Source: Squalus acanthias (lineage: Eukaryota). Taken from it: a stretch of DNA of 64,000 nucleotides. Positions 49,611-62,385 of this stretch are shown here, piece by piece (position 1 is the stretch's first letter; every line of letters begins with the position of its first letter). The notes under the pieces are model-generated. The model saw only the letters and a program-made list of their open reading frames with translations. It did no database searches and was not told the origin of the DNA. Where the stretch lies: contig CM059432.1 in assembly GCA_030390025.1 (NCBI GenBank), forward strand, positions 15,812,001 to 15,876,000, in the 5' to 3' direction. The position numbers and the translations under genes were made by a program.

Positions 49611-49997
49611 AAGTTCTTTCTTTCTTTCCTCCTTGTTTTTTCTTTTTCTCTTCTATAGAAAGTATAATAAAAACTGGAAAGTGTATGCGTGGTGGTTTTC
49701 TACTAAGTTGGTTGGTCCCAGCTCATGTGTTCTGTACACTCTGGAATATTTCCAGTATTTGTTTGACATTACAGCCGTAATTTTCCGATTTTTTGTGCTC
49801 TGGTGAGGAGCCTCACTTACTGCGAGTACATTTGGAAATTCGGATACACGCACTGTGATCTCAGCAGAGGGGGTCCACACCAGGTGACCCCGCCAAGACG
49901 TCGATGATAGGGGATTCGGAGATGGTGCTGCTGCTGCTGAAGGTCAAGGGGAAATAGCTGAGCCAGAATGTAAAATGAGATAAATTTTCTGTGTCAG

Positions 49998-50109
49998 GTC
50001 ACTCAAGAGTTTGGTGATGGACAGGATCTGAATGAAGCTACTGGGAGAACATTAACCAGGAGTCTGGAGCTTGAAGCATTTGTAAATAAAACTTCAAAAA
50101 GTATAAAAG
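49998..50109 (+). CDS. lama1: lama1 exon (coiled coil), 112 nt, phase 0/1
   Basis: tgtcag|GTC...AAA G|gtatgt; VTQEFGDGQDLNEATGRTLTRSLELEAFVNKTSKSIK. Confidence 0.88.
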
Positions 50110-50494
50110 GTATGTACATCAGTATTTTATGGTTTTGTGATTTGATGAGAAGTAAGACTGGTTTCATGATCTGCTTTTGCTTAAAATACAATGACTGACT
50201 GGTTTTGCTGAATTTATGCAGAGATACAAGGTAAAAAGTGCCACCTGCTGTATGTTCAACTGCATAGCATCGTTGAAATTTCTTTTTAAAATAGGCAAAA
50301 ACTTTTAATAACTATTTAGAACCAGAAACAGGTCATACAGTTTTTAAAATGAGGTAATTATCTACTGTCAGAACCCTAATGCCATTTGTTCTTAAACTCT
50401 CTAAACAATACAATGAACTGAATAGTGAGCAACATAAAAATAGCATTGTGCAAAATAAATTGGATCTACTTTTTATTGTAGGCATTAAAACATA

Positions 50495-52262
50495 GGCCGC
50501 GATTTTACTTACCTCGGCGGGTCCGGAGCGGGCGATGTCGGTGGCGGGTCCCGACCCCGCTCCTGGCTCCAATCCCGCTCTGTGAAATCACTTGCCATCG
50601 ATAGGGCTTGTTAAGCCCGCCCAGCGCGTTTGCCGGCCCAATTAGAGGAAGCGGGTCTGGTGACGTCATTTCATGACGCGGCATCAGCCGGTTTCCTTAA
50701 AAAGACCATGCCCAACTTTCTTTTGACATTTGCGCTGTCAGTGTTCTACAGCATTGAGGTGCTGCAAACACTGACAATCACTGCACAGAGGTGCACAGTT
50801 GCACCCAGGTTCTCCCATGACTCCCTCCATATGCTTATGGAGGGAGTCAGAGCACGCAGGGAGGTCCTCTTCCCTTCCGATGGGCGGAAGACACCTCCCC
50901 AGGACACCAACACAGCCTGGTTGCACATTGCACAGGAGGGCACAAGCAGGGATGTCGTCAGGAGGACCTGGGTGCAGTGGCACAAACCTTTCAATGATCT
51001 CAGTAGATCACGAAACGTGAGTACAAAGTCACACTCACCTTCATCCTGCTGTGCCTCTCATCACATCCCCATCACTCTGCCTTCCTTACCCTACTCCTGC
51101 ACATCCTTACTCACACCAACTTACCTTGCACCTCCACCCATCCCTCTCTATCTACATTATCACATCCCCATTTCACTAGCCACCCCTCACACTCACCCTC
51201 ATCCCAGTCCAATCAGACCAACTAACAACACAAGGGTAGCCACTTGGGTGTTTTATCCAATGTTCATGTAATGTGCTGTCAAACATTGTAACCTTTATTT
51301 TCAACACGTTGCATTCTTGGACAGATTTGTGTGCACCTTTGGCAGTGGCTTAGTGAGTTGCAGTGCATGGTGAGACGTAATGGTACCGTAACCCCCCCCC
51401 ACCCCCCCGGGCAATGGTGGTGAGTGTGAAAGGAATGGCTTGGACAGGGATGCTTTATGGTGTTGGTGTGGGGTGGTGCCAACCAGGCGCATCATGTGGC
51501 AGCCAGGGTGTACATTGTCAAGTGAAGTAAATCTGGCCATGGTGAGGCCATCCCTGGCCTCCCGGGCAGCAATGTGGTCGGGTGCTGATGCCCTCTGTCC
51601 TGTGCAGCTTCAGGTGTTTGCGGAGAAGGTTGGTGTTGTTGTTGGTGCTGCTGGTGTGCCTGGTGCTGCTGGTGTTGGGGCTGATCGTGGTCAGATTCTG
51701 AGGACCAAGGTGAGAGAGTGTAAAGGGCACCCATGTTGATGGAGTAGATGGCAGGTGAATTAGAGATGACAGAAGCATTCTATCAATGGTGAGAGAGTTC
51801 TTCCAATGAGGTGAGAGTGGATGGAGAGTGGAAAGCCTGCAGAATCGGTGCTGGAAATGGACTGAGAAACTGCTTGTGGCTGAGGAAAGTGATGATCTGT
51901 CAGGTGGGAGCTTTTACTGTACATTTGAAGTTGTCAAGTAATCAGCTGGAGCAATGGCCACTGAACTCCCGCCTCAGGTTGACAGCCGTGGTCACCGAAC
52001 AGCGTGGTTCCCGTGGCCATGAAGTTAAAATGAAAAGGTAAGTTAAAAAAGTCTGTTGATGATCTGTCAACAAGGCAATAATGAAATTAATTAGGTCCCC
52101 CGCCGCTGCCTGTCGGGTCTGCTTAGCGCTGACAGACCCAACATTGGGAAAGGCGCGTTGCGGCGGGTTGACAGCAAGTTCCCGACCCGCTGTCAAAAAA
52201 AACCACTTTCCCGCCCGACCCACCACCGATCCTGCCCGCTGACCCCCCGGAAAATTCACCCC
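50495..52262 (+). mobile_element. Internally deleted PIF/Harbinger transposon retaining a Myb/SANT-like ORF remnant
   Basis: Ends GGCCGCGATTTT ... AAAATTCACCCC, TSD ATA. The segment APRFSHDSLHMLMEGVRARREVLFPSDGRK...AWLHIAQE...RRTWVQWHKPFNDL resembles Harbinger Myb/NAIF1-type domains. Confidence 0.8.
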
Positions 52263-53490
52263 ATAGTATTTTAAAACTCAAAATATATATATTTTTTTAA
52301 TCAATACTCTGTTCTGCACCTAGACTTCTGGAGGGTGTATTAAGATTCAAAATTGCTGACACTCCATATGGATAATGATATTTACTTGAAGGAACTTCTG
52401 ATCTATAGGAGCTTTCTGATTGTTTGTGGATGTGAGGCAAAAATTTCTGTTGAGAAACCGGCAATATGACATGTCCAATAGGTGCAGATGCGATTTCTGG
52501 TGCCGTAAGAATTTTTGACGCTATCTCGAGCACAAACTGCAGGGTTGGAGCAGCACTCGGGTTGAAGTGGTCTAGTGTTCAAGCCAGTTAAAATTTCCCA
52601 TTAACGTTGCGGGAAAACGTCCTTGACTATTGGTAAAGGTGATTTTTATTTTTTTAAATTTTCCTCCGGGCTGTGGGCCATCTCTCAGGTGAGACTGTGA
52701 ATCAGTCACCTGCCCCTACAGTGTCACTTTGAACCAGTTACCAGATGTGTGAGAATAGCCGCAGGTGATTCCCGTCTTCATTCCCGTAGCTCTGTGGAGA
52801 AGTCCCTGACCATGCCCTGTGCCTCTCCCTAATGGCACAGTCTAGATTGAGAACGGTATTGCTCGAGTGCATCTTGCTCTCTTAGCACACTGCCAAGAGG
52901 AAGACTGTTCTGTATAAATTAGATTTTTGAAATGTAGGCGCCCAAGTTTCAGAAATGTGAAGGGATTCTTTAAAAAATGTGTTAATTATGATTATGAAAA
53001 AGATGTTCACTTAGTGCGCATGCTGCTTGTACGTTTTGCGCATGTGCATGGCAGGACAAAAGATGACGAGTGCTTTCCTACCTCATTTTAATGTGGAAAT
53101 GTGGGGTTCGGGCCAGGTCAGTACAAGGGTTTGGTTTTTTTGCACACGGGAACACGGCGGTGGGTGGAGGAACACAGCGCAACATTATTTTGACTGTAAA
53201 GAGTGGGAGAAAAAGAAGAGACCCATAGGTTTTATATTAAAAAAAAATAAAGATTTTTTAGTTTGTAGTGCAAGCATAAAAATGTTGCCATTCTGGAGTT
53301 GTAGGGTTAGGTTAATGCCTGCCATTCTCTACACAGTGTTTCATCTGTGCCAGAAGACAGAAACTGATCCTTTGGGGGTGGAGAATGGTGAGGGAGGCAT
53401 GACAAAAAAGGGAAGTTCGGAAAATCTTTACAATAGCCTAAAGTTTCTGCAACCCTCCCCCAATTTCCCCCGCTCTTTCATGAAGATATT

Positions 53491-54146
53491 GGGCTGGATT
53501 TTGATACTGGGGCGGGTTGGGGTCGTGTCATCCGCTTTTCGTGTTATCCACCTGACTGCAATTGGATGTGGGAGATTGATGCAATTTTCACCTAATTGGG
53601 CAATTGAGTTCCAGCTTGTGGGAACCCATGAACCAATTAGTGTTTTCAGTCTGAAAGTCGCCTCTGATGATGTCATCATTGCTGCTGCATTGCAGGTCAG
53701 AGACTGCCTGGCCTTTGGTGTGAGAGGACCTGGATGCAAAATGAGAGAGAGAGAAAGAGAATGAATTTTTTTGCACCAGCAATGTCTCCTCCACCACTCC
53801 CAGATGCCTGCCAGCCACTCACTCACTGATAGTCAGCTCTCCAAATGTGCTCCCACCAGGTTTCACAATCGTGGTTCAGAACAGGCGTGCTTCACGTAGA
53901 ACAAGGGTTAAAATCGCAAAGGCCTTTCAAAATGGCATTATAGAGGCAATTTAGTGCTTGTTAAGGGCCTTAACAGCCTATCCCATCTCTTAAAGGCGGG
54001 ACGCAGTCGGGACCAGCAGACATGATTTAATGAAAATTGCGTGGAGGCGGGATGGAGGCGGACTTGTGCCCGCCCGCCAGTTTTTGCAATTTTAACCCCC
54101 CACACGCCTCCAAACCCGCCTCCACGGGTCAATGAAAATCCAGCCC
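53491..54146. mobile_element. Harbinger-type MITE
   Basis: Perfect 12-bp TIR GGGCTGGATTTT; flanks ATT/ACT. Confidence 0.8.
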
Positions 54147-54335
54147 ACTGACTCTTGCCAGGGTACCGAGGCATACAATGAATGATCATACTTACCTCAT
54201 CGTCGGTCCACTTTTTGTTATCTATGATTTTAATATATTAAAAGCGGTCCATCTAACACGTGCAGATGTTGACCTCCAGATGTTACATGGCAGGCATCAC
54301 TCTTTGTCAGAGGTGCAAAACCATGTTAAAACAAT

Positions 54336-55145
54336 GGGCCATAGTTTGATGCAGCAAGTATGATTCATTCATTTTATGCCTCTGTACATCGTTAGACTTG
54401 TCCTTTGCACATTTTAGGTTTATATAAAAAAAATTTGCGTGGCAAGTTGCTAAAAGCGCGAGCTGATAACAGGGCAGCGAGGAAAACCCGGCACCTGAGA
54501 TCTGAGTGAACAGGGCAAGTAACTGTGTATCTCCGTTACCAATCAGATTGAAGGATTGTGAAATTAATAGCGCAAAGACTGAGAAGGAAGTGTAAATTAG
54601 AGTGGGTGAATTCAATGTCAATTCAGGTACAGAAAGAGAAATAAAGAGGGAAAGAAAGATTGGATTACAAAAGATAGAAAAAAGAGACAAGAGAGGGAAA
54701 GTTTAAAAATATATATTTTTTTTAATTTTACATTTTCTAAAATCTCTAACAACAATTAAGACCTGAAGGAGTGAGACTCCACACTTGTAATAGTTCATTT
54801 TCAGTGCTAGAGAGGTTGGTTGGCAGTAATTAACACTTATCACGTCGTTAAAAGGTTACTTAGACTAGAATGGACAAGAGTTAACTTTTTGTGGTGAGTT
54901 TAGTTCGTATCTACTGTGCAAGTACAGCAACTTCACGCCATTCAATGCATTTCAACAGTGAGGCAGACAACAAGATGCTGTTTTCGCGAAGCTAATGCCG
55001 GAGCGGCGCAACTCGGAGAGCAACTTTTGGATTTCCGCGTTTAACCGTGCCGTCTGCCCCTCGCCCGAACTTGCTGTAACATTTGTGCATAAATAACGGC
55101 GAGCGCCATTATCCTCACTATTATTTTGACAGAAAATAATGGCCC
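54336..55145. mobile_element. Harbinger-type MITE (older)
   Basis: GGGCCATAGTTT ... AAATAATGGCCC; flanks AAT/AGT. Confidence 0.55.
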
Positions 55146-55365
55146 AGTAGTTACTTCCGAGCTGTATGTTCACCTCCAGCCTGTAACTGACAAGCATATT
55201 CTAAGCTGTAAAATTCCCTGGCAAAACAACATCTAAACTCTGATTGGCCTCTCTTGTGTTTCTTATCTTTTTCCAGCCTTAAATGGGACAAGCCTTCTTA
55301 AATATAATTAAACCGTAGCAGCAGAATGAGACGTTGTGCATAAATCTTGAGTTGTTATAAAACAG

Positions 55366-56249
55366 TGGGGGAAAAATTCAGTCGCGCCCCGTTTGGGGCG
55401 CAAATATCGTCCGGGCGCAAAAATTAGCGCCTGGCGCTAATTATCGCCACTGACTGGAAACTTCACTTTTAACGCCCCGGGAGGTGAGTGGAGCGCTAAA
55501 TCAGGCGCTGCACACCTGTCTTAAGGCGCAAAGGCCGAGGAGTGAGGCGCTAACTCAGAGCGCTGGCGAAGCTCATGTAATGTCAGTCAGCAATGGAAAA
55601 CACACACAATGGCACGGGCCAGTTCTTAAAGGGGATGGTTAATCTTGCTTTCCATCCACATCCTACTCATTGCAGCCTTGAATCTCGGCCTGGAGAGACT
55701 TGCACATCAAATGTGCTGGAAAGAACAATTGAGAGTACCAGGCAAAGAGCTCAGAGTGCAGCCCCCACAGTCTCTGCTAAATCAATACAAGGAATGGCAA
55801 ATCAAAATGAACCTGCAAAGTGCTGCTCAGTACCCAAAACTCCTTCACACAACGTTGAATCTCTCCAGAAGTCTCTCCCTCTCTCTCTCAGAATGCGTAG
55901 TTCAAAAATGGCACCAACAATAAAAGGCAGGAAGCGGTCACCTTTAAATAGCGCTCCCCCTTTCCCTTCATGACTGCAGAACGCTCCCCTCAACCTGTCG
56001 TTGCTAGCGTCAGGCGGTAAGGCAGGGGGCGCCACTCAATATCCGCTCCGGGGCGTTGCACACTCGAGTGACGTCATGATCTGCCGGCGCAGGAGATTGT
56101 GGCGGTAGTGTTTAGCGCCGCCGCAAAATGTCTAGTTAATTTTGCGAGCGGCGCAAACATCGCCGCGCCTGGGGCGCTAGATGCTTTGCGCCCCATTAGC
56201 GCCCTCTTAAGGCGCTAACGGGAGGCGCAACCAACTGAATTTTTCCCCC
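55366..56249. mobile_element. Harbinger-type MITE, apparently young
   Basis: Perfect 16-bp TIR GGGGGAAAAATTCAGT, perfect TSD AGT, many GGCGC/GCGCC subterminal repeats, CpG-rich. Confidence 0.88.
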
Positions 56250-56486
56250 AGTATATCATCCCATGTACTGTGAGCAATGCCATGGGAGATCCAGTAGTAA
56301 AACATAACACCTAGGGCTGTATTTTTGCGATCCCGACGGGTGCGTACGGGGTGCGCCCGCGCCCGTAGGGACCGCGCAAGTTCCGGGTTTTGTTCAGTTG
56401 ATGGATTGTCACTGACCGCTTGATCTGCTGCAACTTTCTTTCCTTTACATTATCTGAACTAACTTGTGCTGATTGTTTGCTCTTAG

Positions 56487-56649
56487 CTCTTGTGGACGTT
56501 GCGAATCACCTGAATGAGACTCTGGGCGCTGACCTGGATCTTTCGGACAGCAACCTGCAGCAGCTCCAGCACGAGATCGCGAATATGCTGGAAATCATGC
56601 GGAAGAGAGTGTTTAGTCAATCAAAAGGAATTTCAGTAACTGAACTAAA
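56487..56649 (+). CDS. lama1: lama1 exon (coiled coil), 163 nt, phase 1/2
   Basis: tcttag|CT CTT...AA|gtgagt; (A)LVDVANHLNETLGADLDLSDSNLQQLQHEIANMLEIMRKRVFSQSKGISVTEL(K). Confidence 0.92.
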
Positions 56650-57601
56650 GTGAGTGCTTGTGAGTGCTTGAGCGAAGAGCATGGACTGTTGCTTTTGCTC
56701 AAGACTGCTGTCTCCACATAGCTGCAAAATATTAAAACATTCAGGGGAAGAAATTAGTCGTTTGCGCCTGATTTGTGGTCGAAAAATTAGAGTTGGGGAA
56801 CAGATCTCGGGCGCCTAAGCTCCCTTCAGTGCACTGGCTGCCATGATCGACAGCTGGTGACTCCCAAGTGTTCGGGCGCCTGCCTAAAACGAGCGGTAGG
56901 CTCCTTTTAAATGTACTTCTCGGGAGCCCAGTGCCTGTTTTAGAACTCCGCTGCCAGATTCAGTATAAAGTGGGCAGAATACGCGTCACACATGCATTCC
57001 GAGGGTTTTCCGGGTCGACAGCAGCTTAACCAGCAGTTCTTAAAGGGACCACTGGAGGCCGCCGACGGGAAGGTTAAGTAAAATTTTATTTAGTTACGTT
57101 AATGTGGATTAAGTTAACGCAAGTGTGCCGTTCCCGGCTGCGCAACAATACCGCTGGCCGATGTCGGCCCGAGTTCGCCCCCTCCCATTTGTCTCTTTCT
57201 CACCCCCCCCCCCCCCACTTTGCGGGCTGACTATGATTTTTCCAAGACCCTGACCGACAAGCTGCGTCAGGACACCCCATTGTTCTCCGGAGCCGCCGGT
57301 TTTATGTAGATGAGGCCCAATTTGGAGTGAGCCTCGGGCCAACGTCTTCGGGCGTGCGTTCCTGCTGAACAGCGGTTTCCAGCACAGAACCAGTTTCTCA
57401 GCCTCTTTGTTTATGTCCATTTCTAAAAACCGTTTGTTGATTTGAAGTTAGGTGGTGACAAATTTTCTGTTGACTAGTTCATTCAAAAGAATCCAGTGCA
57501 AATCTCTGCACTACTTCATCGACAAGATTGAGTAATTTGTCAACTGTGCTGAAAACTGGTCTGTAACCGAAGTGATTCAATAGGAAACGCGTGTCTTTGA
57601 G

Positions 57602-58006
57602 GTGTCCGCCTTGGCTCAGTTGGGAGCACTCTCACCTCTGTGTCAGAAGCTCATGAGTTTGAGCCCCACTCCAGAGACTCGAGCACATTATCTAGGCCGA
57701 CACTTCAGTGCAGTACTGGAGAAGTGCTGCACTGCTGGAGGTGCAGTGGTTCGGAGGAGACATTAAACAGTGGACGAGAAAGATCCTATGTCACTATTTG
57801 AAGAAAAGCAGAGGAGGTGCCCTGGTCAATATTTATCCCTCAGCCAACATCACTGGGGAAAAGAAATTATCTGTTTTCTCATTGCTGTTTATGGGATCTT
57901 GCTGTTCACCACTTTGCTGCCATGTTTCCCTATATTACAACAGTGATGACACTTTCTTGTCCTGGGGCCATGAAAGGTGCTACATAAACACAAGTCTTTT
58001 TTTTTT
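57602..58006 (+). mobile_element. Degenerate SacSINE1-like DeuSINE
   Basis: ttggctcagttgggagcactctcacctctg head; aagatcctatgtcactatttgaagaaaagcag core. Confidence 0.8.
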
Positions 58007-58629
58007 ACATGGTAGTAACAAAGGAAGGAAACCAAATATCATTTTCTTTGTGACAGACGTGAGTTGTTTCACCAGGTATTTGTCAACTAGATTTAACATA
58101 ATCAGCAAAAATATCAACTGAGTCAATGAAGGCTGTTAAACTCATCATGTAGATTGGCCTGGCAATGTGAGGGGAGATCCTTAAGAGTTTTCTTATATCC
58201 GTCTGAGGAAAAAATACATGCCAACCATCGGATAGCGTTTTGGGAGCGTGATCAGCATATCAACATGAACCAACCCCCTCTCCCCTAACACCATTCCTAC
58301 TACTAATGGAAGGGATTCAGGCCACTGCAGACTGTAGGCAGGAGTTCATGCAAGAACCAGAATTCCCACCTGCATTACGCAATGCCCGGAATCATTTCCA
58401 TTAGCAATGGGAGCAGCATATCTGGGGCGGACAGGGCTGGGAAAGTATGTGTGACATATGATATAGGTGGGCTCCACTGTGTTTGCCCTGTTTGAATGCT
58501 GGTCACCATGGAGCCTGCCTCTACCATGATAATGACCCCAGGACTGAAAGATGAGCCATGGTCAGTGAGGCATCTCCTTCGTGGGTGGAGGTCCACCAGA
58601 GATGCGTGATGCTCAGAAGGGTCTCTGTC

Positions 58630-58940
58630 TCTGAGGGGCAGCACGTAAATAAGGAAAAATAAGCCAAGGATGGTACCTTGGGGCACTTCAGAGTTGTCTA
58701 TGCAGGGGCGAGAAGAGAAGCCATTTCTGGGATGAGCTGGCTAAGTCAAGTCGGAGCAGAGCAATGAGAGGACAGCGCCCCCCCTCCTCCCAGGTAGATC
58801 AAGGAGAAATACTGGAGCAGAATGGAGTGGTCAAGTGTGTTGAATGCCTCAGAGAAGTTGATGAGGTCAAGGAAGGGATAATGCACCATGGTTGCAGTCA
58901 CAGAAGATGTCATTGTTGATTTTGACCAGGGCAGGCTCGT
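58630..58940 (-). mobile_element. L2-like LINE RT relic
   Basis: Minus-strand remnants ALVKINNDIFCDC and PQGTILGLFFLIYVLPL. Confidence 0.6.
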
Positions 58941-59116
58941 TGTTGCGTACTGGATTGAAGGTATTACAAAAATGGCTTTTGGGAGCGACGCGTGCAGGAC
59001 TGGGTGGCATTGATAAGTGGCATCTTCAGGTAATACTGTACTTGCAAATCTAAGGACAGTTGCATGTAAATCCCGATATTTATCTTGTCACACCTTTCTT
59101 TCATGAATGGAATCAG

Positions 59117-59327
59117 AGCTGCAGAAGGCCTGTTGATGCGGGTGCAGAAGGAGTTTCAGAAACCTCGGAAGGAACTGGAGGACTTGAAAAGCCGGGTCGT
59201 AGATATGTTGGTGCAACACAGCAGCAAGTTGCGCGAAGCCCAGGACCTAGTGAATGAAGCGCGCACAAACACCAATGAAACAAGCAGGCTTCTCCACAGC
59301 ATCTCGAGCAGCCTGGTAGAGCTCAAG
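59117..59327 (+). CDS. lama1: lama1 exon (coiled coil), 211 nt, phase 2/0
   Basis: aatcag|A GCT...AAG|gtaaaa; AAEGLLMRVQKEFQKPRKELEDLKSRVVDMLVQHSSKLREAQDLVNEARTNTNETSRLLHSISSSLVELK. Confidence 0.92.
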
Positions 59328-60928
59328 GTAAAAGGAAAATATACAAGGCACACTTTACTCCAGTAACGGAGGCCCACAGAGCCTATAATTACTATTGATT
59401 CTGGTCACTGGCATCCAAATGGAACAGAGCACAAGGAAGGCATTTAATTGTGTTTTTTTTTCTTTTAGAAATGAGTCATTCAGACAACCCCTGAACTATA
59501 GATACATTTTACGCCACACTGGTAGAGTTGTTAAACCAACATGATGCGAAGGTGACTGGTTACCTTGAATTTGATAAACGTGTGCCCATCACCCTTCCAC
59601 ATTGTTTCAAGGCAAGAGAGAGATACCGATAATGAACTAGTTTATAATTTCCCACAGTCGTTATGCGCTCAAACCAGCTGATTAACTGGTTGTAGTCTCT
59701 TATTAATTGGATGGATCTATGCCCCCATCAGTGAGTGTATGCGTGTCCTGATAAGGTTCCGTAAACGAGATTATTAGCAAAATTAAAATTTGCACGGAGT
59801 TGGCGGTAGCCTTGTGACATGGGTTATAATTAGTTGGCAGGTAGGAGTCAGAGAGTAAGGATAAAGGGAATGCACTCTGATTGGCAGGATATAATAAGTG
59901 GTGTTCCCCAGGGATCTGTGCTGGAGCCTCAGCCTTTTCACCATACATATCGATGACTGATGAAGGAATAGAGAATAGAGTACGACTTGTAAATTTTACA
60001 AATTCATGCTCCCAGCAAAGAAATTCACGCAAGGGGAGTGAGCTCGTATCAGGAATTCAGGGACAGAGGTCAGCCAATATGAATGAAAAACACCTCAGAA
60101 AAGTTCCTGTTATGTGACACCCTGCTTAGTAGTGTGATTTTGTACAATCTAACCTGTACTGCAAATTAGATTTTAGGTTACAATGGTCACTTGAAATTAG
60201 TTTCCGATAGCCCTGTTGAAATGCAACTGACTTGTCAGCAAGAAAGAGTCCTTTTTAAAAAAAAACAATTAAGTAATGACTTCGCTGGTCGTAGAGTCGA
60301 AAATTGTCATCGTACATTGAAGTCTGCATACATCGTCACCCTGCACAGTTACTTACGCTTTTACCTCTTAGCTTTTACTACTCTGAGGCCCTGAGCTCCG
60401 GTCCTCTTGAATTCAAGATCAAGATATTTCAACAAGTTTTGCAAGGAGTCTTCAGGACTTGATTCTTTAATGTTGAGCCGAATACATTTCTTAGACGTGA
60501 TCTGTCAGTGATGAAAATTGCTCAAAAATTCATTTGATTCCTGAAAATTCTTGGAACACCTGAGAGTTCATGTCGTGAGATCAAAATCTTGAACCACCAG
60601 AAGATCTTAGTTCAAAGGGTGAATACCTGTAGACTCTGCTCCTGGTGCAGGAACAGGATTGCAAAGAGTGGGCATGGAGATCTGCATTCCCGATTCATGC
60701 ACTGATTCACAGTGCTCCCACTTTTCCGGTCATTTCCAGGAGTGGAGTCGCTGAAAAATGACTCCCAATATCCATGTTAAAAAATGCAAATTCACTTTGC
60801 AACTAGTAGTGTTCTTCATACAGAGTTTTAAAAGCACCTATGAGTTTTTTTTGTTGAAAAAGACCATTGTCAGTCACAATGATTTGTTCAATGTTTTGCT
60901 GACTGATGTCAAACACAATTGTACGCAG

Positions 60929-61045
60929 GAAAAACAACAGACAATCAGGAAAATCAGGGGGCTGACGGTAACCCTGATCCAAGATGGAAGAGATATGGTC
61001 GACCATGCAGCAAATCTGGCGGAAGATGTCGTGAACAGCACAGCT
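60929..61045 (+). CDS. lama1: lama1 exon (coiled coil), 117 nt, phase 0/0
   Basis: acgcag|GAA...GCT|gtaagt; EKQQTIRKIRGLTVTLIQDGRDMVDHAANLAEDVVNSTA. Confidence 0.9.
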
Positions 61046-61269
61046 GTAAGTTTCATTGCATCTGTCCACTTTTGTTCCCATACCCATGCCACCCTCCATC
61101 GCTGGCTAAGACTGGTGACTTGCTCCTCGTCTTCTACCACTGCGACTGTATAGCAAGTCACCAGGTGGTGCATAAGTGTGGTCTACGGAGATCTGCCGTG
61201 GAGATCAGGAGCAATTCTGCAGCCGACGGCATTAAGTTATGTCAACATACCGTAAAACTAATGGTACAT

Positions 61270-61680
61270 CTTGGGCCGATACTCTCTGGAGTTTAGAAGA
61301 ATGAGAGGTGATCTCATTGAAACATATAAGATTCTGAGGGGGGTTAACAGGGTAGACGCTGAGAGATTGTTTCCCCTGGCTGGAGAGTCTAGAACTAGGG
61401 GGCATAGTCGCAGGATAAGGGGTCGGCCATTTAAGACTGAGATGAGGAGGAATTACTTCCCCCAGGGGGTTGTGAATCTTTGGAATTCTCTGCCCCAGAT
61501 GCTCAGTCGTTAAGTATATTCAAGGCTGAGATGGATAGATTTTTGGACTTTAGGGGAATCAAGGGATATGGGGATCGGGCGGGAAAGTGGAGTTGAGGTC
61601 GAAGATCAGCCATGATCTTATTAAATGGCGGAGCAGGCTCGAGGGGCCGAATGGCCTACTCCTGCTCCTAATTCTTATGT
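61270..61680 (+). mobile_element. CR1 3' fragment
   Basis: YSLEFRRMRGDLIETYKIL...VVNLWNSLP plus 3' UTR. Confidence 0.92.
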
Positions 61681-62385
61681 AAATTCCACATTAATCAAGT
61701 TAGTATTTAACCTGCAAGAAATTTGGATTTTGATTGATTTTATTCTATGTAGACTAGTAAGGATGAGAGACTTAGTGCCTGTTATTTGATAGAGTGACAT
61801 CAGATTGGGTTGAACAAAATTCTAACTTAGCTGAAATAGCTACATTTCAAATTGCCTTGGATTTGTGCAAATCATTACCAACAAACTATTTACCCGTGTT
61901 CCTCCCTCGTTTTCTACCTTCTTTCCATAAGGCTCGGGTATGGTTCCACAGACACTGGCAGACTTTGCCCTCGTGGCCATTCTTTATGTGAACCTAGACA
62001 GTGGCATGTGTGACCGAGATAGCGAGTGTCAGTATTCATCAGAGGGAGGGGAATCACAGCTGAGTGCAGTCCCGTCCCAGCCGATATCCACAACTGTGCA
62101 CTTTTCAGTGAGAGTCACAGGACCGCAATCTCCCCCCTTAGCTGGGAGCATTGAGTCCAGTTGTAGTGCCACTATCATACTGGTTGAGATTAGCTAACTG
62201 TATAGGTTAGGGATCGACCTATGTGGTACTTCCTTGGTCTATGGCACTAAGCTGTTTCCAGTGGATTTACCCACTGAGCTTTCAGGGAGCCAGCAGAGAT
62301 CTGTGTTGTGAAATGCAGTTGGATTGTATTTCGTGCCATGCTCAGGCCTAAGAAGCAACGACCTTTGTGTGTTTTCAGTACTTGC

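Noticed and set aside
51492..51734. Gln/His-rich ORF as a protein-coding gene
   Set aside because: Low-complexity sequence inside the Harbinger derivative. It might be a transposase N-terminal relic, but no catalytic motif supports it.
53027..53764. 245-aa ORF as a novel gene
   Set aside because: Runs from intron sequence across a MITE boundary at 53491 and has no recognisable motif; probably a chance ORF.
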